A DNA stretch of 64,000 bases from Candidatus Oxydemutatoraceae bacterium (GCA_965219575.1 OZ244779.1:1740769-1804768), one strand, 5' to 3'; shown: positions 29,109-39,987, numbered from the stretch's first letter. A program made the numbers and translations. Notes: a model not told the origin generated them from the letters alone.

Positions 29109-32100
29109 TTAGGGTGGCGTTTCTTCCAGAGCACCTTCTAAAAATACTCTGACTTGAATAAAGGCACGGATACTTTGTACTCTTTCTATTCTAACTCTTT
29201 CTATTCTAACCGTGTAGTCCACGGATCTGATGTTGCCGTCCGGTGACTCCAATCTGATTACGATCGCCGTTGCTGCCGTAGGTAATGGATCGATCGTCAG
29301 CGAATCTCCACCTGCCACCACATTGAAATCTACATTGTTTATGCTATAGCTAATCGTAGTATCGGCATTATCCGCAGTCGCATTCAGCACAACCCGAGTG
29401 ATATCATCGGCAATTCTTAATAGGTATGTAAGCTCGTTCTGCATAAATAGTTCTGCATTGGTAGGTTCTACAACCGTCAATGAAACCAAATCCGGGGGTT
29501 GACTTTCCGTCAAATACTCGGATACCGTATAACCCTGCGTGTCGGTATAAGTCACTTCCACACGATAGCGTCTGTCACTCGGCGCATCACTCGATACCGT
29601 ATATCCGGCAGTTGTTGCAGAGGGAATATCTACCCAGTCATTGGTGCCGATATCAAGGCTCTGCCACCGATACGACAAAGTGCCGGTCGTGCTATCGTCC
29701 GGATCTAATGCGCCGATGACCGAACTCACATTGAAGTTAAGACCGTTCACCGTCAAACTAGAATCAATCATCGGAAAACCGTTATTTATCTTCTTGACGG
29801 TTATCTTATTGCTTAGATTGAAAACCGTATTAAACCCGATATCCCTTAGCGTCAATTGGATCACGACATCGGTACTCTGTATCGTTGTCGATTCTATATA
29901 GTTGGTAGGGATCGTAAAACTCGGCAGAGCGGTGGAAGTGTCGGATAACATCAACGGTTCACCCTCGGTTTGTGTCCACTCATAGCTATAGTTTCCACTA
30001 CCGTTATCGATTGTAGTGCTTAGCGTAACTCGCGCCCCTTCATCGACCGTATTGTCTTCAGCTATAGTACCGTTCTCGGATGCCATGATAGCCGAGACTA
30101 CAAGAGGCAAGATATCAAACTCATAGACACTGTTAAGCTCGGCACCGTTGATGGTTTCGGTCACCGTAAAGACTAGGGTGGTCGTCGTATCGTTCAGAGT
30201 TATAGCACTACTCGTGCTACCGCTATTCATGTCGGCAAAATAATTCCTTTCGGGGCTTTCTCCGCGTTTGGTAATCGTAATCGTTGCGGTGCCGGTGTTG
30301 ACCGCAAACGGTCTCAGTTGCATGGTCTCTAGGTTATCGGAAACGACAATCCTATATTGCTTGATAAGCGGAGAGAAAGACGGTTCCAGTTCTAAAATAG
30401 CGTCGTTGTCGTCCGACAGGAAAAATACGAAATCCAAACCGCGATCGCGACCGGGTTGATCGGGCAACAATAAGCTACATTGAGGCAATAGCGTATCGGG
30501 ATCGTCGTCGCAAGCGGCATTATTTTCGAGACCGACGGCGTAGCGTAGTGCCGGATAGCTCTGCGAGTCTCCGAAATCCCAATCGGCACGACTCGGATAG
30601 TCGGGATTCCAGTTGTAATAAACCTCGGTCGAGATGCTTCCCGGCGCAGTCGGTGAGCGCAGTTCCACCGTGGTTTTACTCGTGCCGCCGGCGGAAGTGG
30701 CTTGTCCACCGGTGTCTCTATTCCAATAGCTGTCGGTGATAATAACGGTTCTCGAAGTCGCACCGACCATCCCCCCGATGTTTCGGTTATCGTCTCCCGT
30801 GCCACGCACCGCACCGATCGTATAACTGTTTTCAATCGTGCCGAGTTCCAATAGACCGACCAAACCACCCACATTCGAAATGCCCGATACATCACCCTCG
30901 GCATAAGTATTTATAATACGCGCTTTGTTGTTATAGCCAATCAAACCGCCTATGTTTTTATTGTTATTTCCCGTACCGGTTGCATCGCCGGTCGCATAGC
31001 TGTTGATGATTGTAGGAACATTCATTAAACCATCCGACATACCCTCCTCGCTTAATCCCACCAAACCACCTACACTGCTATTACCGCTGGTAGCACCGGT
31101 CGCATAGCTGTTGACGATTAGAGAAAAATTGTAACCGACCAAGCCACCCACATTGACATCATTCCCCTGTGCGTCAACATTAACGGCACCGCTTGCATGA
31201 CTACCCATGATAAAACCGCTACTGATGCCGATTAGCCCACCTATGTCGGTATCGTCCGTTTCGGTGCCGTTCACCGTACTGTCGGCGTAACTATTAATGA
31301 CGACTGCATCATTAGCTATAAGTCCTGATAATCCACCTATGTTATTCGAGCCGGTGACGGTGCCACTCGCAAAACTATTTCTGATGATGCTATTATTGAA
31401 ACCAACCAAGCCACCTATGTCAACCGAGCCGGTAACAGTACCAATTGCAGAACTATTATTGATTTGAGCATTAATACCGTTAACACCAACCAGTCCGCCG
31501 AGACTGGATGAATCTGATAAAGTTCCGGAAACGGAACCGGTCATCCGACTATTGCTGATTAGACCTCCATTTAAGCCGACCAATCCACCTACTATATCAC
31601 CCCCGCTGATGTCCACATTCGATAGATTGACATTCCTGATCTCGGATAGAATGAAACGAAATAAACCCATCGTTGTTCCATCATTTATATTTATATATAA
31701 ATTAGCAATCGTGTAATCGTTTCCCTCAAATATAGCGGTCAAAGGAGCAATAGGTGGCCAGCCTGAATTCGTTCTATCTTTATTGGCAATCCACATTACT
31801 TTGATGGCTTTGGTGCGGTAGCTATTGTTATCCGTGAAGTCTAGATCTTTGGTTAGCTCGTAACCCTCGCAACCGTCGGCAGGGCAACCTGTCATTATGA
31901 CCACCGCACCGGCACTTGTTTTATAACCGGCTCCGTCCAATTGATAGCGTATTTCATCGAGACCCTCCAAATCGCAAATCTCTATCAAGCCGTCGTTATC
32001 TTTGTCAATATCTATAGCTTGGTCTATGCCGTCGTTGTCATCGGGAAATGCTATTGAAGTGGTACATGACGGCAAGGTTGTTTGTGCGGATACGGCTGGT

Positions 32101-32189
32101 AAGCACACGATTACAAATAGAATAAGGATAAGAAAAAACTCCCCCATTACCATTTTTGAAGGCTTAAACAATCTCAACAACTCAAGCAC
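29109..32189 (-). CDS. Secreted GLUG-repeat / cadherin-like beta-sandwich protein
   Basis: Signal peptide (..PAVSA-Q), DKDNDGLIEI, many VGGLVG repeats and C-terminal VRVFLEGAL; start codon uncertain. Confidence 0.85.
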   Translation of the reverse strand: MLELLRLFKPSKMVMGEFFLILILFVIVCLPAVSAQTTLPSCTTSIAFPDDNDGIDQAIDIDKDNDGLIEICDLEGLDEIRYQLDGAGYKTSAGAVVIMTGCPADGCEGYELTKDLDFTDNNSYRTKAIKVMWIANKDRTNSGWPPIAPLTAIFEGNDYTIANLYININDGTTMGLFRFILSEIRNVNLSNVDISGGDIVGGLVGLNGGLISNSRMTGSVSGTLSDSSSLGGLVGVNGINAQINNSSAIGTVTGSVDIGGLVGFNNSIIRNSFASGTVTGSNNIGGLSGLIANDAVVINSYADSTVNGTETDDTDIGGLIGISSGFIMGSHASGAVNVDAQGNDVNVGGLVGYNFSLIVNSYATGATSGNSSVGGLVGLSEEGMSDGLMNVPTIINSYATGDATGTGNNNKNIGGLIGYNNKARIINTYAEGDVSGISNVGGLVGLLELGTIENSYTIGAVRGTGDDNRNIGGMVGATSRTVIITDSYWNRDTGGQATSAGGTSKTTVELRSPTAPGSISTEVYYNWNPDYPSRADWDFGDSQSYPALRYAVGLENNAACDDDPDTLLPQCSLLLPDQPGRDRGLDFVFFLSDDNDAILELEPSFSPLIKQYRIVVSDNLETMQLRPFAVNTGTATITITKRGESPERNYFADMNSGSTSSAITLNDTTTTLVFTVTETINGAELNSVYEFDILPLVVSAIMASENGTIAEDNTVDEGARVTLSTTIDNGSGNYSYEWTQTEGEPLMLSDTSTALPSFTIPTNYIESTTIQSTDVVIQLTLRDIGFNTVFNLSNKITVKKINNGFPMIDSSLTVNGLNFNVSSVIGALDPDDSTTGTLSYRWQSLDIGTNDWVDIPSATTAGYTVSSDAPSDRRYRVEVTYTDTQGYTVSEYLTESQPPDLVSLTVVEPTNAELFMQNELTYLLRIADDITRVVLNATADNADTTISYSINNVDFNVVAGGDSLTIDPLPTAATAIVIRLESPDGNIRSVDYTVRIERVRIERVQSIRAFIQVRVFLEGALEETPP

Positions 32190-32283
32190 TGCGATAAAAA
32201 TATTGATTGATAGTGCTGATATAATAAATCATATTAGAAAAAATTACTATTTGTTTTGTGATGGATGATCTAAGTAGTGATGC

Positions 32284-32552
32284 GGCACTATCGAAAAAAA
32301 TACTGTTCTGCAAAATTGCAACCGCTTGCGCCATTTGGTTTTGGTTTCCATAAATCAGATGAATGAATGTATAAATCGTCCATGCATAACGCGTTACGGG
32401 CAGAATAGAGCCGCCGATTGAGCCAGTAGGTCAATCGGCAATTCCATTGTAGTCCGCCCCTACGGCGGTTTGCAAATGTTCATGGCGCACAGCGATTGGC
32501 TTTGAGCAATGCCCGCACTTTTTCGACAGCCCCATGTGGCACTATCGAAAAA
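32284..32552. mobile_element. MITE variant (GGCACTATCGAAAAA end) with a hairpin inserted in its REP
   Basis: Internal sequence matches the other MITEs; flanks are ATGC and ATGT. Confidence 0.65.
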
Positions 32553-32563
32553 TAGGACCACCA

Positions 32564-33541
32564 CTAGGATAACTGGATTGCACGACGCACCGCCTGTTCC
32601 AAGCTGCTCGATCGCGCATGTCCGCTACCTGCCAATTCCAAGGCGGTACCGTGGTCTACCGAGGTACGCACGAACGGTAGTCCCAAAGTAATGTTGACGA
32701 CTTGCCCGAAACCTGCATACTTGACGACCGCAAGACCTTGGTCGTGATACATCGCAAGACTCACATCGCATTGCCGTAGTTGCTCGGGTGTAAATGCGGT
32801 ATCGGCGGAGACCGGACCGAATGCCATGATTCCTTGTGCGGCACATTCGGCTATCGCAGGTGCAATTACTTCGATCTCTTCCGAACCCAAATAACCTTGT
32901 TCTCCGGCGTGCGGGTTGAGACCGCATACCGCAATGCGAGGCGCATCCACCTTAAAGCGACGACGCATATCGTCGTGCAATATCCTAATTGTTTTTGTCA
33001 GTAAATCACGGGAGAGCTGCTTCGGCACTTCGCACAAAGGAATATGGGTAGTTGCCAGTGCAATGCGCAATGCTTCGGCTTCGAGCAACATCACGCTATC
33101 ACAATCGCAAGCCCGGGCAAGATATTCGGTATGACCTTGAAAAGGGATATTCGCTCGACAGATAGCCGCCTTATTGACGGGACCGGTGACCAGCGCATCG
33201 AAAGAACCACGCAAGCAACCTTGCACGGCTATATCCAACTGCGCCAGCACATAGGGGATATTACGCGTATCAATTCGCCCGGCAACGACCGGTGCCGACA
33301 ATGCGACATCAATGACCGGCAAAGTGCCGTCGCCGCGATGCGCTTGCGCGGTATCGTCGGTGTAGGTGTAAGTTTTGATAGGTTCGGCAATTTGTTTTGC
33401 GCGAGCCTCCAATAATTCTGCGTTACCGATTATTGCAAGCGCGGCATCTGCAATCGGTATGTGGGCAAGCGAAGCCAGTATGTCGGGACCGATGCCGGCA
33501 GGTTCGGCGGCTGTAATCGCAATGGTTTTGTGGGGTCTCAA
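32564..33541 (-). CDS. pdxA: 4-hydroxythreonine-4-phosphate dehydrogenase
   Basis: EPAGIGP, GHTEYL, GLNPHAGE, MYHDQG and RTSVDHGTA. Confidence 0.96.
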   Translation of the reverse strand: MRPHKTIAITAAEPAGIGPDILASLAHIPIADAALAIIGNAELLEARAKQIAEPIKTYTYTDDTAQAHRGDGTLPVIDVALSAPVVAGRIDTRNIPYVLAQLDIAVQGCLRGSFDALVTGPVNKAAICRANIPFQGHTEYLARACDCDSVMLLEAEALRIALATTHIPLCEVPKQLSRDLLTKTIRILHDDMRRRFKVDAPRIAVCGLNPHAGEQGYLGSEEIEVIAPAIAECAAQGIMAFGPVSADTAFTPEQLRQCDVSLAMYHDQGLAVVKYAGFGQVVNITLGLPFVRTSVDHGTALELAGSGHARSSSLEQAVRRAIQLS

Positions 33542-34824
33542 AGTCTGATGTCTATATGTCGGCTTTCTCGCAATCTAAGCAACCACTCGTTTATCTCGAT
33601 ACTCGACTTCTCTTGGCGTAGTTGCGCGATGATATTCCGCCTTTGTATTTGGTTGCTGACATCTTGCCGGCGTTCACCCAATACCTCCAATAGATGCTGT
33701 CCGAAGGCGGTTTCAAAAGGTCCGATGAGTTCACGAAGCGGCGCATTTTCCACTTGTTGAGCGAATTCGGCTGCCAAACCTTCGGTGGGAATCCATCCCA
33801 AATCGCCGCCTTTGAAGCCACTGCCGGGGTCTTGCGAGTATTTTTTTGCCATGCGTTCGAAGCTCTCGCCGTTTTCGATACGCTTTTTGATAGCAAGTAG
33901 TTTTTTGCGTATATACGAATCGGAGTACATCGCATCGGATCTCAACAAGATATGTCTGATACGATATTGCTTTTCGACGATCTGCGGTAATTGTTCCGCT
34001 TGCCTGTCGTCCAGACTAAATAGGTAAAGCGTACCGGAAGTTCTGATAACCGAGGTGATGTCGCCGATGTTCATGTCCAGTACTTTTTCTTGTAGCAGTT
34101 CGGGTAATTGGCTTAGACGTCTGGGCTGCGATCTTTTATAGTTCACCGATGTTCTCTTCGTCGCTTGCTCGGCGATATCGTGAAAATCGTTTTCATCCAG
34201 CATTTTTAGGCGCAGATTTTGGAACCATTGTATTAACTCTTCGCGTTCGCTTTCGTCATCCGGTAATTCCGCCGCCAAATAAGAAAAACGAAATAGCGTC
34301 TGCGCATTGATTTCTCTTAGCTTGGCTTCTATTTCACTCTCGGAGACCGCAATATTACCGACCACGCTTTGTCTGAGTTGAGAAATGATGAACTCTTGAC
34401 GCACCGATTCTCGCATCTCGCTATAGCTTCCTTGATTGCGTTCGATTTCCGCTTTCATCTCGGCAAGTGTCTTACCGTTATCGGCGGCGATTTTTGTGAG
34501 CAGTTCGTCGAGTGCTATTTCGTCTACCACAATGCCCAGGCGCTCGGCTTCTTGGAGTTGTAGCTTGACGACTATCAACTGCTCTAACACTCTGGGCACC
34601 AGGGTTTGGGCATCCGGAATTTCTTGTTCTTGGCGCATCATGTTCTCCCTGACACGATCCACCGTCATTGCCAGTTCGCGCGAGCTGATTGCAACATCTC
34701 CGACTACCGCGACGATTTTGTCTATTACTGTGGGTTGCGCTTGCGAAGATGCGGGAATGAGCGCGGCAAAGAACAAAACTGCGATTAGGATTTTGAGTAG
34801 CGGTGTGCGCAACATAGGGTGCAT
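33538..34824 (-). CDS. surA: Periplasmic chaperone/PPIase SurA
   Basis: IDKIVAVV, parvulin RHIL..YSQDPGS..KGGDLGW; lies between lptD and pdxA; start 34824 or 34815. Confidence 0.92.
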   Translation of the reverse strand: MHPMLRTPLLKILIAVLFFAALIPASSQAQPTVIDKIVAVVGDVAISSRELAMTVDRVRENMMRQEQEIPDAQTLVPRVLEQLIVVKLQLQEAERLGIVVDEIALDELLTKIAADNGKTLAEMKAEIERNQGSYSEMRESVRQEFIISQLRQSVVGNIAVSESEIEAKLREINAQTLFRFSYLAAELPDDESEREELIQWFQNLRLKMLDENDFHDIAEQATKRTSVNYKRSQPRRLSQLPELLQEKVLDMNIGDITSVIRTSGTLYLFSLDDRQAEQLPQIVEKQYRIRHILLRSDAMYSDSYIRKKLLAIKKRIENGESFERMAKKYSQDPGSGFKGGDLGWIPTEGLAAEFAQQVENAPLRELIGPFETAFGQHLLEVLGERRQDVSNQIQRRNIIAQLRQEKSSIEINEWLLRLRESRHIDIRL

Positions 34825-35015
34825 AGCGGTTCGGTTTGTGCAGAGATTCGGTATTTGTAGGGGATGCCCTGCCTTAAATTGTGCAGACATATCGGTAACT
34901 GTTGAAAAAGTATTGTTTTTGCACAAACCCAACCGCCTACGCCACATGGTTTTGGTTTCCATAAATTGGATGGATGAATGTATAAATCGTGGCGGCGCAA
35001 CGCGTTTCGGGCGGA

Positions 35016-35491
35016 CATGCTAGTCCGCCCCTACAGGCGGTTTGCATAATTGGATGGCGCAAGCGGTTGGATTTTTGCGCTGCCGATACTTTTTCAGTAG
35101 CCTCACATTTATTCATTGGGTTTATCGTAACCATCATGCTAGTCCACCCCTACAGGCGGTTTGCGTAATTGGATGGCGCAAGCGGTTGGATTTTTGCGCT
35201 GCCGATACTTTTTCAGTAGCCCCACATTTATTCATTGGGTTTATCGTAACCATCATGCTAGTCCGCCCCTACAGGCGGTTTGCGTAATTGGATGGCGCAA
35301 GCGGTTGGATTTTTGCGCTGCCGATACATTTTCAACAACCCCACATTTATTCATTGGGTTTATCGTAACCATCATGCTAGTCCGCCCCTACAGGCGGTTT
35401 GCGTAATTGGATGGCGCAAGCGGTTGGATTTTTGCGCTGCCGATACATTTTCAACAACCCCACATTTATTCATTGGCTCTATCGTAACCAT
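35016..35491. repeat. Four tandem 119-bp units derived from a MITE end (the MITE starts at about 34894)
   Basis: CATGCTAGTCC(G/A)CCCCTAC at 35016, 35135, 35254 and 35373. Confidence 0.92.
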
Positions 35492-35502
35492 CAAACATAT
35501 CA

Positions 35503-37587
35503 TTATTTATAACCGAATACTTCATTGCCTAAAGTTCGTTGTAAATTATCACCTATACCGGCTAATCCTTCAAGGTTAAATTCAAAACCGAAGAAGTTTT
35601 CAAAATCGAGGCCACCGTCGGCTATACGCCCGCTATCGTTGTCTACATCTATCAATCGCCTTTGTAGGCTCATACTCAATGTCCAACAACAGCTACGATA
35701 TTCGATACCGGCAAAGGTCGATAAATTATCGTCGGCATCAAAATCGTAAGACCAACCTGCCAACATTGTCCAACGATTGCCGAGCGGTATGCCGAGGTTG
35801 ATGCCGCCTTGTTCAAAGCCGTGGTTCGATTCAAAAAGCAACTGCTCGTTGAAGGCATCGGCTTGCGAACGGTAATATAGATTTACGACACGGTTGCGGC
35901 TACCTTGAATAGATAGCCGAGATGTTAATTTCAAGGTTTGGTCTTGCTTGGAGTCCCAAACCCACGAGGATAAAAATTTTATTTTGTTATTGAGATCCAA
36001 CTGTAATTCACCGATTAACGGAGACTGCCGCCGTGCCGTGTCGGCATCCGTATTGAGCTGCACTTGACGATCTTTGAAGTAATAAATGCGACCTAAACTT
36101 GCCCGCAAAGCCTCTTTGCCGGTGCTGCGATGAAACAAACGACTATTCAAAGCCAAAGTGAGCTGGTCGGCATCGCCGATACGATCGACACCGTTAAAAC
36201 GATTCTCGTAAAATAGACTTTGATAATTGAATTCGTTTGCGGTGGTGTCGAACAACGGTATGTCGTCTTGCTCTCGTCTCGGCACATTTAAGTAAAACAA
36301 AGTCGGTTCTATCGTGTGTCTGAATAGGCTACCTTGTCGAGCGACCCTCTCGAATATCAAACCCGAGTGCATGCTAAAGATCGGTTGTGTACGGTTGATA
36401 TTGCTTTCACGATAGATCTTATAATGCGTATGATTGATGGTGGCAGCGGGAGTCAAGAAAAACCACGGGCGGCGATACGACCAATCCATCCTGAGACTGT
36501 TGTGGAAACGATTGCCCAAAGGAATATACTCGCGACTTCCGTCGGTTTCTTGTAAATAACGATACTTATGAACGAATTGCATCGCTTGAGATTGGAACTC
36601 GAAGTTGATGCCCAGAGGACCGCCGGAAAATATCCGCGATACTTTTAGCCCCGGTCTAATCTGATATTGATAGGGCTGCTGCAACCAATCGGCATCGTCG
36701 TCGGCGCGCTGCAATAATTCCGCTTGAAGATTAAAATTCCACCCGCGCCAGAATAAATCACTCTCTAAATAGCTACGCAAATAGGACTCGTTCAATAGAT
36801 CTACATTACCGCCTAAATCCTGCACATAGTCGGCATCCGAAACCCTCTGTATTTTAATATCCATACGAAACAAATCATCGACGCGGACGCGATGATCCCA
36901 AAAATAGAAGTAGCGTTCGTCGTTATATTCGGTATCGTCTATCCAAGAAAAACCGAAACCACCTTGCTCGCGCGTATACAGATAACGTGATTTCATATCA
37001 ATTCCCGCACCGCGCCGACTACGGAGCGTAGGCGTGATCTTTGCGTCTTTATTGGGTGCTATATTGAAATACACCGGAATACCCGTTTTGATGCTCGATT
37101 TGCTGTTATAAGTGAGCCGCGGCGACAACAGCCCACTTTTTCGTTTATTTTCCGATAGATCGATACGATAACGCGGCATGTATAGAAACGGAAACGACCC
37201 GAGGTGCAACCATGCGTCCTTGATGGTGCCGGTATTTTTATTTTGATCGAAGGTCAATTCATCGGCGGAAATAAACCACAGTGGTGTCGGTGTCATGCAG
37301 CTCGTATAAAGTACGTTACCCTCGGCTTTCAGCCGCTCGGAGTTGGTGTCGACCGCGACACGGTCGGCGCGGATCCTTTTTTGAGCTTGCTCGAGTTGTA
37401 CTTGACCTTGCAATACGGAGATTTGATTCGGGTCGGCTCTGAGGCTTTCCGCCGATATGCGAAGCTGCTCGGTATCGGTCGCAATCGGCGTCTTCATGAG
37501 CGGCGCACACTGCTCGGTTTCGGCATACGATAGCTGCGAAAATGACAGCACGGCCACCACGATCAAGCTCCCGAAACGATAAAACAC
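35503..37587 (-). CDS. lptD: LPS assembly protein LptD
   Basis: YTSC, RKSGLLSP, PVYFNIAPN, NRFNGVDRIGDA and YRSCCW. Confidence 0.94.
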   Translation of the reverse strand: MFYRFGSLIVVAVLSFSQLSYAETEQCAPLMKTPIATDTEQLRISAESLRADPNQISVLQGQVQLEQAQKRIRADRVAVDTNSERLKAEGNVLYTSCMTPTPLWFISADELTFDQNKNTGTIKDAWLHLGSFPFLYMPRYRIDLSENKRKSGLLSPRLTYNSKSSIKTGIPVYFNIAPNKDAKITPTLRSRRGAGIDMKSRYLYTREQGGFGFSWIDDTEYNDERYFYFWDHRVRVDDLFRMDIKIQRVSDADYVQDLGGNVDLLNESYLRSYLESDLFWRGWNFNLQAELLQRADDDADWLQQPYQYQIRPGLKVSRIFSGGPLGINFEFQSQAMQFVHKYRYLQETDGSREYIPLGNRFHNSLRMDWSYRRPWFFLTPAATINHTHYKIYRESNINRTQPIFSMHSGLIFERVARQGSLFRHTIEPTLFYLNVPRREQDDIPLFDTTANEFNYQSLFYENRFNGVDRIGDADQLTLALNSRLFHRSTGKEALRASLGRIYYFKDRQVQLNTDADTARRQSPLIGELQLDLNNKIKFLSSWVWDSKQDQTLKLTSRLSIQGSRNRVVNLYYRSQADAFNEQLLFESNHGFEQGGINLGIPLGNRWTMLAGWSYDFDADDNLSTFAGIEYRSCCWTLSMSLQRRLIDVDNDSGRIADGGLDFENFFGFEFNLEGLAGIGDNLQRTLGNEVFGYK

Positions 37588-37729
37588 CGAACCAACCCTC
37601 TATAATGTATTATGAAAATACGGTCGAACAGTGTAGAATCCTAATCGGATATAAATATGGAATAACATATAGCGTTTTCCTGAAATTTTTGGATAATAGA
37701 CATTTGAAACTTATTATAGTAATGGCAAA

Positions 37730-38938
37730 ATGAAAAAGACCCAAAAATTTATGATCCTTGCGGTGGTATGCGTGAGCGCAGTGCTTGCAGTTCTACTGAT
37801 ACAAACTCGTCCCCAAGCCATCGCCTCTAAAGACAACAATTTTCTAGCAACCGTAGAAATTGTCATAGCCGATCCACAGAGCGTCATACCCGTTTATACA
37901 CTCTCCGGACGATTGCAACCGATCAAAGTCAGCGAATTGGAATTTGAAGTCGAAGGACAGATTGTCGCCCGCCATGTAGAACCCGGAATGTATGTAAGAC
38001 AGGGGCAAGTACTGCTTGCCGTCGACGAAGGTGATTACTACGATGCCTATGTGCAGGCGCAAGCGCGTCGCGACAGCGTTGCCGCACAATTAGAATACGA
38101 CAAAGAACTGCTAAAACTTATGATGGAAAATGTTGCGATGCAACGACGCGAGGTGGCACGCGCCGAGAGTCTATCGACCAAACAGCATATCTCGCCGTCA
38201 TTGCTGGAGTCGGAGAAAAAACAGCTCGTAGACTTTCGCTCCGAACAGGTCAGATTGCAACACTCTATCAAGAGAGCCGAAATAGATCTGGTCTTAAACG
38301 ACAGTCTGCTAAGCCACGCACAACGCGATCTGCAACGCACCGGCCTGAAAGCACCCTTTAGCGGCACGGTTAACGAGGTCATGATCGAGGTGGGAGACTA
38401 TGTGAGTAGATCTAGAAAAGTGGTTCGGCTGGTCGATTTATCGCAATACGATCTGGTTCTCAATGTGAGCAATACCCGAGTAAGTGCCTTGGAATTGAAT
38501 AGCACGGTGCCGGTGACCGTAGGCAACAAGTACTACGAAGGCACGCTCGTCGCTTTGCAAGAAAATCCCGATCCGGAGACCAATACCCATAAAGTAAAAA
38601 TTAGATTGAACGGCAACGATTTGCAAGCCGGTACGACTGCGCAAGCTACCCTCGAAGGACAACGCTACGATAATGCCATCAGCGTGCCGGTTACCGCAAT
38701 CCAATATATAGACGGACAACCCTTTTTGTTCGTCGTCAACGAAGACAACATCGTAGAGAATAGAGCGGTCGTGCTGGGTCTGCGCGTGGCCGATACGATC
38801 ATCGTCGAGAGCGGAATTGACAGCGGTGAGCGAGTGGTCGCCCGAGACATCGAAAAATTAAATAGCAACCAAAAGGTGGAACTGTCGCCCGCTTCGGTAG
38901 ATCGATCGACATCACCTCGTGCCGACTCACCCAGCTAG
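37730..38938 (+). CDS. RND-type efflux periplasmic adaptor (MFP)
   Basis: N-terminal TM, lipoyl halves (EVEGQI..V.PG..V..GQVL and APFSGTV..VGDYV) and a coiled coil. Confidence 0.9.
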   Translation: MKKTQKFMILAVVCVSAVLAVLLIQTRPQAIASKDNNFLATVEIVIADPQSVIPVYTLSGRLQPIKVSELEFEVEGQIVARHVEPGMYVRQGQVLLAVDEGDYYDAYVQAQARRDSVAAQLEYDKELLKLMMENVAMQRREVARAESLSTKQHISPSLLESEKKQLVDFRSEQVRLQHSIKRAEIDLVLNDSLLSHAQRDLQRTGLKAPFSGTVNEVMIEVGDYVSRSRKVVRLVDLSQYDLVLNVSNTRVSALELNSTVPVTVGNKYYEGTLVALQENPDPETNTHKVKIRLNGNDLQAGTTAQATLEGQRYDNAISVPVTAIQYIDGQPFLFVVNEDNIVENRAVVLGLRVADTIIVESGIDSGERVVARDIEKLNSNQKVELSPASVDRSTSPRADSPS

Positions 38939-39963
38939 CCGCCGATATACGACATCCCTACCTTGGGAAGAGCAACCGTCTGCGCACTGCGTATCTCCGA
39001 ATAACGATCGTCGCGCCGTGTCCACAGATCGGTAATATAGCTTTTGAGCTCGTCATCGGTGTAACCCGAGTCCAGCCGGTGATGCAAATCGTGACCGCGG
39101 GTGGCAAATAGACAAGTATAAAGTTTTCCTTCGGCAGACAACCTGATGCGTGTGCAGCTGCGACAAAAGGGTTTGGAGACCGATGCAATAAAACCAATCT
39201 CGCCTCGACCATCGCAATAACGCCAGCGTTCGGCAACCTCACCGCTATAGTTGGCAGCGACCGCCGCTATGGGAAATTTCTCGTTGATTCGCTTTATCAG
39301 TTCGGCCGTAGGCACCACCCGATTCAGTTTCCATCGGTTGCCGCCGCCCACATCCATATACTCGATAAAACGAAGGATATAATTGCGCCCTCTAAAGCGG
39401 TGCGCCATAGCTAAAACTTGATCTTCGTTGCGCCCCTTTACCACCACCATATTAATTTTAATGGTCTCGAAGCCGACACCGCTTGCCTGGTCTATATGTT
39501 CCAGGATTTTATCGACCGGAAAATCCACATCGTTCATTTTCATAAAGATATCGTTGTCGAGTGCGTCCAAACTCACGGTGAGGCGATTCAGTCCGGCTTC
39601 TTTCAATCGTCGCGCTTTATCGGCGGTCAATAAGGATGCGTTGGTAGTCAAGCCGATATCTTCGATTCCTTTTGTTTGTGCGATCATTTCGATCAACACC
39701 TCTATATTCTGCCGTGCCAGTGGTTCACCACCGGTGAGGCGTATTTTAACAACCCCGAGCTCGGCAAATAGACGAACTACGCGAACCAGCTCCTCGAAAG
39801 ATAGCAATTCGTCGCGCCGCATGAATTGATAATGCGACCCGTAAATTTCCTTAGGCATACAGTAAGTACAGCGAAAATTACAGCGGTCGGTCACCGATAT
39901 TCTAAGGTCGCGTATCGGTCTGTTTAATTTATCTTTCAAAAATGTTGCCCGGTTTATAGCCAT
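38935..39963 (-). CDS. moaA: GTP 3',8-cyclase MoaA
   Basis: CNFRCTYC, LTGGEP, FCRSCTR..CLF and C-terminal MSYIGG. Confidence 0.97.
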   Translation of the reverse strand: MAINRATFLKDKLNRPIRDLRISVTDRCNFRCTYCMPKEIYGSHYQFMRRDELLSFEELVRVVRLFAELGVVKIRLTGGEPLARQNIEVLIEMIAQTKGIEDIGLTTNASLLTADKARRLKEAGLNRLTVSLDALDNDIFMKMNDVDFPVDKILEHIDQASGVGFETIKINMVVVKGRNEDQVLAMAHRFRGRNYILRFIEYMDVGGGNRWKLNRVVPTAELIKRINEKFPIAAVAANYSGEVAERWRYCDGRGEIGFIASVSKPFCRSCTRIRLSAEGKLYTCLFATRGHDLHHRLDSGYTDDELKSYITDLWTRRDDRYSEIRSAQTVALPKVGMSYIGG

Positions 39964-39987
39964 AAATCACCATCGTATAACTCTATA

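Noticed and set aside
34825-34962. Long N-terminal extensions in the ORF track (surA; also petB, petC, nusA and the IS1380 transposase)
   Set aside because: They run through MITE DNA or overlapping upstream genes; downstream ATGs fit the known proteins.
35016-35491. Possible second CRISPR array (also 2838-3533)
   Set aside because: Whole units repeat with no unique spacers; these are tandem duplications.
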